This document shows positions 28,147 through 35,894 of a stretch of 64,000 bases of DNA, in pieces (the first letter of the stretch is position 1; every line of letters starts with the position of its first letter). Both the position numbers and the translations under genes were made by a program. Under the pieces are notes generated by a model, which worked only from the letters and a program-made list of their open reading frames with translations, was not told where the DNA came from and did no database searches. The DNA is from an uncultured Bacteroidia bacterium (lineage in GTDB: Bacteria > Bacteroidota > Bacteroidia > J057 > JADKCL01), in the NCBI GenBank assembly GCA_964352215.1, contig CAYGRE010000016.1, forward strand, positions 419-64,418, in the 5' to 3' direction.

Positions 28147-30957
28147 ATGACCTCTTTCATTGAGCAATTGGTACAGGAGTTGAAGGGCAAATACGGTAAG
28201 GATTTGGGGGAATTGTGCGTGGTTTTCCCCTCTCGCCGTGCCTGTGTCTTTTTCAAAGATGCCTTGCAGCGGTCCCTTTCTTCTCCAAGTTGGTCTCCGG
28301 CCGTCTTCGCGGTTGAAGATTTCGTTCGGGAAGTTCATCCCAGAACCATCCTCGACCAGGTCTCTCTGACTTTCGAACTGTACCCTTTGTACCGGGAACA
28401 TTTCCCCGACGAACCCTTCGACAAATACTATTCCTGGGGTAGTACGCTGGTTGCTGATTTTGACGAGATCGACCTCTACCGGGTGGATGCAGACGCTATC
28501 TTTCGCAACCTGTACGAGCTGAAAGCGATTGATGCGACCATTGACAGTTGGCTGGAAGAGTCAGGAGAACTGACCGAATTCCAGGCAAAATATCTTCAGT
28601 TCTGGGAGTTGATGGGCGATTTTTATGGGGGACTGCGTAAAAAGCTGGATGCGCAACACAAGGCGTCACCAGGGATGGCGATGCGCGAATTGGCGGATCA
28701 GTTTGAGGCTGCTCCTCCTGCCCTACCCTGGAAAACGGTCATTTTTGCGGGGTTGAATGCTTTGACTCCGGCCGAGGAGGGGATGATCAAAGCCTTGATG
28801 GATCATGGCATGGCGGAGTGCTACTGGGATCTGGACGCCTATTATATTGACGATGAGTTTCAGGAGGCGGGGCATTTCTTTCGTGGGCTTCGGGAACGGT
28901 GGAAATTGAAGGACTGGTCCTGGATCGGGAATCATCTGAGCCAGGGTAAGCGAAGGATTACTTTGACCGGGGTTCCTCAAAGGGTTGGCCAGGCCAAGGT
29001 CGCTGGATTGAAGCTCAAAACTTTGCTGGAGGATCAGCAGCCTGAAGAAAAAACCGCGCTGGTGCTGGGAGATGAAAATCTTCTTTTCCCCCTTTTGCAT
29101 AGCCTTCCCGATGGTTACAAGCATATCAATGTAACGATGGGGTATCCACTCCGCAACACACCGCTTTACAGCCTGGTAGATTCCATTATTCAACTGCAGG
29201 AAAACGCGGAACGTCTACGCCCAGGCAGAGACAGCAAGGTCTATTATTGTCGGGACGTGATGAATATCCTTCGTCACCCCTATGTCGCCTCTATCTTACG
29301 GGATACTTCCCGCGACCTCTTGTACGAAATAGACCGTGAAAACCTCGTCTATATATCTCCTAAGCTCTTCGACCGCTTCAAAGAAGAAGATCCGGAACAT
29401 CTGCTGAGCTTCCTTTTCCAACCCTGGAAACAGATTGATCAGGTCATTGCATATTTTCTGGAGCTCTACCGACGGTTGAAAGTCGCTATGGAAGATGCCC
29501 GTAGCGGAAGCAGTACCCCCACCCTTGAAGCCGAGTATTTGTTCCACTTTTATACGTTGACCCAGAAGCTGAGTGACAAACTTGATGCATACTTTGTCGA
29601 CTTTGAGCTGCGGGTATTTCGACGGTTGTACAAGGAAGTGCTCCAAAACGGCTCCATCCCCTTTTCCGGCGAACCTCTTGAAGGCTTACAGGTGATGGGT
29701 ATGCTGGAAACGCGTGCTTTGGACTTTGACCGGTTGATGATCCTTTCGGTCAATGAAAATATCCTTCCGGCCAAGGCGAATTCTGTTTCCTTCATTCCTT
29801 ATACGCTCAGGAAGGGTTTTGCCCTGCCTACCCATGAGGAAAAAGATGCGATTTACGCCTACCACTTTTACCGGTTGCTGCAGCGCTGCAAGGAGGTTGT
29901 CCTCATGTACAACACTCAGCAGGATACTTTTGGCAGTGGGGAGAAGTCCCGTTTCATTGCCCAGTTGGAAAGTGAATTGCCGGAAAAGAATCCGGACCTG
30001 GAGATTGTGCATGAAACCATCACTTTCCCTCTCTCGGCTGAGCCCATCCTTCCTATTGTGGTGGAAAAAGAGCCTGACGTTCTCGCTACGCTGAAATCCT
30101 ATATCAACGAAAAGGGATTTTCTCCTTCGGCGCTCTCTACCTATTTCAATTGCCCGCTTCAGTTTTACTACCGCTATGTACTGCGCTTGCGGGAACAGGA
30201 AGAACTGGAAGAGAGCATGGAAGAAAACACCTTTGGTTCGGTTTTGCATGGTGTTTTGGAGGAATTGTACCTTCCCTTCCAAGGGAAAGAGATCACTCCC
30301 GAAGAGATTCAGGGTTTTGAAAAGCAGCTCGACACCGTGATCGAGACCCAATTTCGCCAGGTCACCCGAACTGAAAACTCGAAATACGGCCGGAACCGAT
30401 TGCTCTTGGGCGTTATTCGGAATCTGGTATCTAAGCTGCTCGACATTGATAAAGGCAACGCTCCTTTCCTTGTGAAAGGACTGGAACTTGAACTGGAGAC
30501 CCTTCTACCTACACAGCGGGTACCCGAAGGGGTCAAATTGAGGGGATTTATCGACCGGGTGGATGAAATCAGGGGTGAAACCAGAATCATAGACTACAAG
30601 ACCGGAAAGGTCAACCGGCTGGACATCAAAGAATTTGACCAAATTCGGGAGGGAGCGAAAAAAAGGGAGGCTTTCCAGTTGAGCACTTATGCCTACCTCT
30701 ACCTGCGGAATTTCCCAGACACCAAGGAAGTCAGTCCAGGCATTTATTTTATGCGGAATTTGAGTGGGGGACTTCATTTTCTTGAAACTGGGCCTCTTAA
30801 GTCCACAACCCTAGATTTGGAATCCTTATTGGACTATGAGTCTGTAATGGTTTCGATCATCAACGATATCTTTGACCCTGACATCCCATTTTCACAAACG
30901 GACGAGATTGACCGCTGCCGTTTCTGCTCCTATAAGGTTATGTGCGGTCGTCCCTGA
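28147..30957 (+). CDS. PD-(D/E)XK nuclease family protein, AddB-like partner of the AddA-like helicase
   Basis: 936 aa. C-terminal nuclease core GFIDRVDE...RIIDYKTGK...QLSTYAYL. Iron-staple cysteines are present: FNCPLQFYY upstream plus CRFCSYKVMC (C-x2-C-x5-C) at the C-terminus. Confidence 0.85.
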   Translation: MTSFIEQLVQELKGKYGKDLGELCVVFPSRRACVFFKDALQRSLSSPSWSPAVFAVEDFVREVHPRTILDQVSLTFELYPLYREHFPDEPFDKYYSWGSTLVADFDEIDLYRVDADAIFRNLYELKAIDATIDSWLEESGELTEFQAKYLQFWELMGDFYGGLRKKLDAQHKASPGMAMRELADQFEAAPPALPWKTVIFAGLNALTPAEEGMIKALMDHGMAECYWDLDAYYIDDEFQEAGHFFRGLRERWKLKDWSWIGNHLSQGKRRITLTGVPQRVGQAKVAGLKLKTLLEDQQPEEKTALVLGDENLLFPLLHSLPDGYKHINVTMGYPLRNTPLYSLVDSIIQLQENAERLRPGRDSKVYYCRDVMNILRHPYVASILRDTSRDLLYEIDRENLVYISPKLFDRFKEEDPEHLLSFLFQPWKQIDQVIAYFLELYRRLKVAMEDARSGSSTPTLEAEYLFHFYTLTQKLSDKLDAYFVDFELRVFRRLYKEVLQNGSIPFSGEPLEGLQVMGMLETRALDFDRLMILSVNENILPAKANSVSFIPYTLRKGFALPTHEEKDAIYAYHFYRLLQRCKEVVLMYNTQQDTFGSGEKSRFIAQLESELPEKNPDLEIVHETITFPLSAEPILPIVVEKEPDVLATLKSYINEKGFSPSALSTYFNCPLQFYYRYVLRLREQEELEESMEENTFGSVLHGVLEELYLPFQGKEITPEEIQGFEKQLDTVIETQFRQVTRTENSKYGRNRLLLGVIRNLVSKLLDIDKGNAPFLVKGLELELETLLPTQRVPEGVKLRGFIDRVDEIRGETRIIDYKTGKVNRLDIKEFDQIREGAKKREAFQLSTYAYLYLRNFPDTKEVSPGIYFMRNLSGGLHFLETGPLKSTTLDLESLLDYESVMVSIINDIFDPDIPFSQTDEIDRCRFCSYKVMCGRP

Positions 30958-31022
30958 TACCAAGTTTCACTCTGGTTTGAAGAGATTCGTATCATCCACT
31001 ATATTTAGCAAAAAAGGTAACC

Positions 31023-31529
31023 ATTCTGGATAAATTAGCATTTGAGGAACTCTTTCAAAAACACTATTCGGAGCTCTGCAGGCACGCCTTCAGGCTCACG
31101 AGGGATTCTTCTGCGGCTGAAGATATCGTTCAGGAGCTTTTTGTTAAGGTATGGAACCAAAGGGATGAATTAGAGATCGTTGGTGCATACCAATCCTATC
31201 TTTTCCGTGCCACCACCAATGCCTCTTTGAACCATCTTAAGAAAGTTCAAAAAATGGTTCACGAGGATTCTTCGCTGGAGGAAAAGCCTGACCAGGGCAA
31301 TAGTTCTGACAATCTGGTGCGCAACAATCAATTACAAAGTGCGATCGAAGCTGCATTGGAAGAACTCCCTCCCCGTTGTCGGACTATTTTTATCCTGAAC
31401 CGCTATGAAGGGATGAACTACCAGGAGATTGCCGACCATCTTCACATCTCGTTTCACACGGTCAAGAACCAGATGACGATTGCTTTGAGTAAATTAAAAG
31501 CCCAGCTCAGAGAATTTATTCAAAAATAA
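31023..31529 (+). CDS. ECF-type RNA polymerase sigma-70 factor; the 5' end is unresolved because no canonical start codon exists
   Basis: The frame is open from the stop at 30978. It encodes region 2 (AFEELFQKHYSELCRHAFRLTRDSSAAEDIVQELFVKVW) and region 4 (LPPRCRTIFILNRYEGMNYQEIADHLHISFHTVKNQM). The track lists only the TTG at 31227, which would delete region 2. No ATG, GTG or TTG is in frame between 30981 and 31226. The coordinate 31023 is an ATT codon and is only a placeholder. Confidence 0.7.
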   Translation: MLDKLAFEELFQKHYSELCRHAFRLTRDSSAAEDIVQELFVKVWNQRDELEIVGAYQSYLFRATTNASLNHLKKVQKMVHEDSSLEEKPDQGNSSDNLVRNNQLQSAIEAALEELPPRCRTIFILNRYEGMNYQEIADHLHISFHTVKNQMTIALSKLKAQLREFIQK

Positions 31530-31626
31530 GAGTGCTATAAACCAGCCAGTTACGAATTAATTTTCTTTTTTTTTCATTTCCCTTTAGGAATACCAGCGTT
31601 TTGAAATGTCTTAATATCAGTTACCC

Positions 31627-32781
31627 ATGAAGCAGCAACGCATACAAGAACTCATCAGTCTATTTGTCTCCGGAGAAATCTCCGGGGATGAGCAGGAAGA
31701 GTTGTCCGCGCTGATCGTTGAGCATCCTGAAATCCAGAGTGATTTGGATGAAGCATTGGAGGTCTGGAATTTACTTGGGGAAGATGCAGTTTCTTTCCAA
31801 CCAGAAGAAAGTGCTGCCTGGGAAAAGATTCAGAACCGCATTGAAAGCGATTCGGTCGTTCCTGATTCAGTTGTTCAGGCACGGTTCAAGCGTCGCGGTG
31901 TTTATCTATGGATGGCTGTTGCAGCAGCGGTCTCCTTATTGGTAACCTTTGCGTATTTCAATTGGGCAGGAGATTCTGCGGCTACTATCCAAGGGGTTTT
32001 AGCCTCTTCAGACCAGGATCAACCGTCTCAAGTACATGAGATTACCTTCACCGCGAGGGACAAGAATATTTCTTTCTACTTGCCTGACAGTAGTCTTGTA
32101 CAATTGAACCAGCACAGTACCCTTACGGTATCAGATAGTTTTTCGTTTGCAGAGCGGATCATCTTTCTGGAAGGGGAAGCCTTTTTTGAAGTAACTCACG
32201 ACGAAAACCATCCTTTCATCGTCATCACAGAGCACACCCGAACCAAAGTATTGGGTACCTCTTTCAACGTGCGTGCTTATCGGGAAGAAACCCGGAAAGT
32301 CGTAACGGTTGAGACAGGTGCGGTGTTGTTCAAGCCAACAGATGAAGGGGTTGTAGATAGCTTATACCTTTACAAATCGGATCAAGGCGTATATGATCTA
32401 AACATTTCATCGCTAGTTAAGGAGCCAGGGGACACCCCTGGGCTTCTTGGCTGGCGCTCAAATGACAAAGTCCTTGAGGGAGAGATGAGGTCCCCCACCA
32501 AATACCTCGTTCCCGAGTACGATGTGAAGGCCAAGGTCATCGCGCCATCCGTGGTGCGGATAGAGGTCGTAAATGAAGCGCGCTTCGCCAGTTTCAGGAA
32601 TGTGCAGATTCTTATCCGCTATACCGCTAAAAAAGGAGAGCGTGAAGCGATTTTCGATATGGAGGGCAATGTTGCCCCCGGAGATCGTATCAAAGGGAAG
32701 TTTAAACTCAAGGATTGGTTCCGAAAGAGTAAACTGCTCGACATCAGTATCAAGAATGCCGAAGGATTTCAACATAAATGA
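31627..32781 (+). CDS. FecR-family anti-sigma factor with an atypical C-terminal region
   Basis: 384 aa. N-terminal anti-sigma helix region, one TM segment (VYLWMAVAAAVSLLVTFAYF), FecR core (LEGEAFFEVTHDENHPFIVITEHTRTKVLGTSFNV). Confidence 0.85.
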   Translation: MKQQRIQELISLFVSGEISGDEQEELSALIVEHPEIQSDLDEALEVWNLLGEDAVSFQPEESAAWEKIQNRIESDSVVPDSVVQARFKRRGVYLWMAVAAAVSLLVTFAYFNWAGDSAATIQGVLASSDQDQPSQVHEITFTARDKNISFYLPDSSLVQLNQHSTLTVSDSFSFAERIIFLEGEAFFEVTHDENHPFIVITEHTRTKVLGTSFNVRAYREETRKVVTVETGAVLFKPTDEGVVDSLYLYKSDQGVYDLNISSLVKEPGDTPGLLGWRSNDKVLEGEMRSPTKYLVPEYDVKAKVIAPSVVRIEVVNEARFASFRNVQILIRYTAKKGEREAIFDMEGNVAPGDRIKGKFKLKDWFRKSKLLDISIKNAEGFQHK

Positions 32782-32782
32782 T

Positions 32783-32819
32783 AAGAGGCTGTCTTTGTAG
32801 GGCAGCCTCTTCAGTTTTT
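32783..32819 (+). terminator. Rho-independent terminator (AAGAGGCTG..CAGCCTCTT hairpin family)
   Basis: AAGAGGCTGTC-TTTGTA-GGGCAGCCTCTT followed by CAGTTTTT, starting immediately after the FecR stop codon. Confidence 0.7.
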
Positions 32820-32947
32820 CATCTCTCCTTTTTTACCTTTCCTTTTTTACCTCTCCTCGATTTTTCCACTCCTTGTCAGTTATTTTCACCTCTCCCCTTC
32901 TGATAATGATTGCATAATTCTCATGCATTCACCATCTTCATTCCCGC

Positions 32948-33847
32948 ATGTCGCGTTTCTCCTATTTACTTCTTGTATGGATATGGCTCCCTCTGCTGGT
33001 TTCTCTTTACTCAACGAGCAAAGCCGATCAACCGAGCACGATTCCTGATGATGTGACCGATCTTCTCCGGCATGATAAACATGCGCTTCTTTATTACCCG
33101 GAGGTCAATGGGTGGCTGGAAGATGCATATCTGATCACCCGCAAGAAAACATTTCACAAAGGGCTCTCTATCCCCCACCGGAGTAATTCCTGGATTTTCA
33201 AGCTTCAAGAGGCGGTGGAAAGCCCTGAAGCCATTCCAAGGGACTCTGTCTATTCGTATTGCCGGACTGGGTATATGCAGCTCGTAGGCATCTTTGAGGC
33301 AGAGTTAGAAGACCTCTACCAGATTACCGTGGTTGCAGGCAGTAAACTATTGAGGAATATCCCTTTTGAAGCGTTTGTGAAATACGAGTATTCAGAAGGG
33401 GAATCTCCCCGGTTCCTGACGGAGTTTTGGGCGGTGAGTTACCTCTACAACCTCAATTTTGAACGGATCGAGAAACGTGCTGCTCCCGGAATAATCCAAT
33501 GGGATAGCAGTGGTTTATATCTGAAGGATCCTCCACCGAGCCAGGGGACTTCAATATTTCACCGTTGGCCGGGAAAAGCACGGTCCTTACCGCCGGGCAA
33601 GTCTCATCGCTTCACTGAACTTATTGCCAAAGGTTACTTTACCGACGAAGCATTGGGGCTTAGCAGAACTGAATACCTGGATAGCATCAGGAACCTTGAT
33701 GACCAAAGTGGCCTTGACCCCAGAATCTGGGCTTCCAGCATTGTCTATGGTGAAATAGCACCTGTCAATCCCCCCTTTTCATTTCCCTGGTGGATTCTTG
33801 TCCCGATCGGGCTGGTGCTTGTAATTGTCTTTGGAAGAAGGTTATAG
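32948..33847 (+). CDS. Hypothetical exported protein with a C-terminal membrane anchor
   Basis: 299 aa. N-terminal signal-like segment (LLLVWIWLPLLVSLYSTSKA) and a C-terminal TM helix (WWILVPIGLVLVIVFG). No recognisable domain. Confidence 0.5.
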   Translation: MSRFSYLLLVWIWLPLLVSLYSTSKADQPSTIPDDVTDLLRHDKHALLYYPEVNGWLEDAYLITRKKTFHKGLSIPHRSNSWIFKLQEAVESPEAIPRDSVYSYCRTGYMQLVGIFEAELEDLYQITVVAGSKLLRNIPFEAFVKYEYSEGESPRFLTEFWAVSYLYNLNFERIEKRAAPGIIQWDSSGLYLKDPPPSQGTSIFHRWPGKARSLPPGKSHRFTELIAKGYFTDEALGLSRTEYLDSIRNLDDQSGLDPRIWASSIVYGEIAPVNPPFSFPWWILVPIGLVLVIVFGRRL

Positions 33848-33871
33848 GGATAATTCTATATTTAAGGAATA

Positions 33872-33928
33872 TGGCCTGTAGGTACATTGGCTTGTAGGTA
33901 CTATGGCTAATAGGTACTATGGCTTGCC
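33872..33928. repeat. 16-17 bp tandem repeat, ~3.5 copies
   Basis: TGGCCTGTAGGTACAT / TGGCTTGTAGGTACTAT / GGCTAATAGGTACTAT / GGCTTGCC. It straddles the stop codon (33917-33919) of the minus-strand deacylase gene. Confidence 0.7.
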
Positions 33929-34846
33929 TAAATGGATCAACGCATCTCCAGTGTTGACGATTGGCTGGTTGTTCAAACCTATGATATACCCATTTCCAGG
34001 AGCCCTTACCTCATGTATTTTTTTACCGTACGGATCTCCCAGATGTGCCAGCACTTCGGACTTGGAAACAAATTTGCCGTACTCGATAAAGGGTACAAAC
34101 AAACCAGAACTTCTTGCCCTGATCCAGGACCTGTCTCTTATTTCTACAGAGGGTGTCCCTTCTGAATCCTGGTAGATCATTCCGAGATAGGCCATCAAAC
34201 GCTTGATTACCTTTACAGCATGCCAGATTGCATTGTCATCCAATCGCAGGGATTCTCCGCCTTCGTATACAATAATCGGTTTATTGATATTGGAAGCAGC
34301 CTTGCGAAATGAGCCCGGAATTTCTTTGGAATGAACAAGAAAGGGGGCTCTTACAGCTTTGCCCAACTCATAAATTTCCGGTCGATCAAAATTGCAGCGT
34401 ATCTGAGGATAATTGGTTCTACTTGCCCCTCCGGTGTGGAGATCCAGTATATAATCTGCTTTGGGGACAATATTGTCCATGATTGTTTTGGCGATTCGAC
34501 GGGCCAGTGATCCCCGTGTACTGCCCGGAAATGAACGGTTCAGATCCTTCCCATCGGGAAGGGTTCGGCTTTGGTTGTTGAAGCCATAAATATTCACGAT
34601 TGGAATGGTGATCACCGTCCCGGAAACCGGCATCAGGGTATTGTTCCGCGCCATTCGGCGAATCGCCTCAGCACCATTGATCTCATCACCATGCATGGTC
34701 GCTGTTATCAGCAAAGTTGGTCCCGGCTCATGCCCACGGTACACGTGAACCGGCATGTCAATCAAAGTATGCGAAGGTAACCGGTCAATTTCCAAACCGA
34801 TTTCTTTCCGTTCGCCTGGGCCAATCTGTACTCCGTTAATTTCCAT
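33917..34846 (-). CDS. Succinylglutamate desuccinylase/aspartoacylase (AstE-AspA) family zinc hydrolase
   Basis: 309 aa. LLITATMHGDEINGAEAI (H-x-x-E zinc site), DLNRSFPG, LDLHTGG. These are typical AstE/AspA and carboxypeptidase-like motifs. The start is 6 nt downstream of the rimK stop. Confidence 0.85.
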   Translation of the reverse strand: MEINGVQIGPGERKEIGLEIDRLPSHTLIDMPVHVYRGHEPGPTLLITATMHGDEINGAEAIRRMARNNTLMPVSGTVITIPIVNIYGFNNQSRTLPDGKDLNRSFPGSTRGSLARRIAKTIMDNIVPKADYILDLHTGGASRTNYPQIRCNFDRPEIYELGKAVRAPFLVHSKEIPGSFRKAASNINKPIIVYEGGESLRLDDNAIWHAVKVIKRLMAYLGMIYQDSEGTPSVEIRDRSWIRARSSGLFVPFIEYGKFVSKSEVLAHLGDPYGKKIHEVRAPGNGYIIGLNNQPIVNTGDALIHLGKP

Positions 34847-34852
34847 GGTAGG

Positions 34853-35767
34853 TTAAACTCCGATATTGTCCCTTGTTTTAGGAAGTTGCCGATACTTTCG
34901 TTCGATGAATCTGATGATTGCAGCGGCCACATCTACACCACTTGCCTCCTCGATGCCCTCGAGGCCAGGAGATGAGTTGACCTCCAGTACGAGGGGTCCC
35001 CTTTTTGAAGGCAGCATATCAACACCAGCTACGGACAATCCTAATGCCTTGGCAGCCCGGATTGCGGTATCCTTCTCTTTGGGGGTCAAATAGATTTTCC
35101 TCGCCGTTCCCCCCCGGTGCAGATTCGACCGGAATTCTCCTTCAGGCCCTTTCCTTTCCATTGAAGCGACGACTTCACCATTAACCACAAATGCACGCAG
35201 GTCTCTTCCATCCGCCTCCGGAACAAATTCCTGGATGAGAATACTGGTATTGATGGCGTGAAATGCTTCAATGACAGATTGTGCAGCAGGACGGGTTTCA
35301 GCCAGTACCACTCCTAATCCTTGAGTGCCCTCTAAAAGCTTGATCACGATGGGGGGGCCGCCAACATACTCGATCAGACCTCCGACTTCAAGGCTCTCTC
35401 TTGAAAATGCAGTTTTGGGCATCCCTAATCCTGCTTTGGACAGGATCTGAATTGATCTGAGCTTATCTCTTGACCGAACGATCGCCTGAGAATTGGCAGC
35501 GGAAAACACCCCCATCATCTCAAACTGGCGAACGATGGTAGAGCCATAACTGGTCGCTGAAGTGCCGATCCTCGGGATAACTGCATCGAATCCCCCTAGA
35601 AGACGTCCCTGATAAAGGAGGTTGGGTTTATCCGCCTCGGTGAGTACCACACATTTCAGGTGGTCAATTACCTCAACATGATGCCCACGCTCCTTGGCTG
35701 CCAGAACAAGCCGGTTGGTACTGTGGATTCTGGGATTACGAGACAATATCGCAATGCGCATGGGCAA
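34853..35767 (-). CDS. rimK: ATP-grasp alpha-L-glutamate ligase RimK
   Basis: 304 aa. MRIAILSRNPRIHSTNRLVLAAKERGH.., VVIKLLEGTQGLGVVL, IQEFV.EA.GRDLR, HRGG, VAGVDML....GPLVLEVNSSPGLEGIE. Confidence 0.9.
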   Translation of the reverse strand: MPMRIAILSRNPRIHSTNRLVLAAKERGHHVEVIDHLKCVVLTEADKPNLLYQGRLLGGFDAVIPRIGTSATSYGSTIVRQFEMMGVFSAANSQAIVRSRDKLRSIQILSKAGLGMPKTAFSRESLEVGGLIEYVGGPPIVIKLLEGTQGLGVVLAETRPAAQSVIEAFHAINTSILIQEFVPEADGRDLRAFVVNGEVVASMERKGPEGEFRSNLHRGGTARKIYLTPKEKDTAIRAAKALGLSVAGVDMLPSKRGPLVLEVNSSPGLEGIEEASGVDVAAAIIRFIERKYRQLPKTRDNIGV

Positions 35768-35894
35768 AAAGTCCTCTTATTAGGATTTGAATCAGCTGTA
35801 AGTTAGGTCTTTTTTGAATTCTTTTGAGCAAGACAGCCACTGGAGGGTGGAGAGATAGTCAAGTATAAATTCATCCAGCTTCAAAACAGAATCA

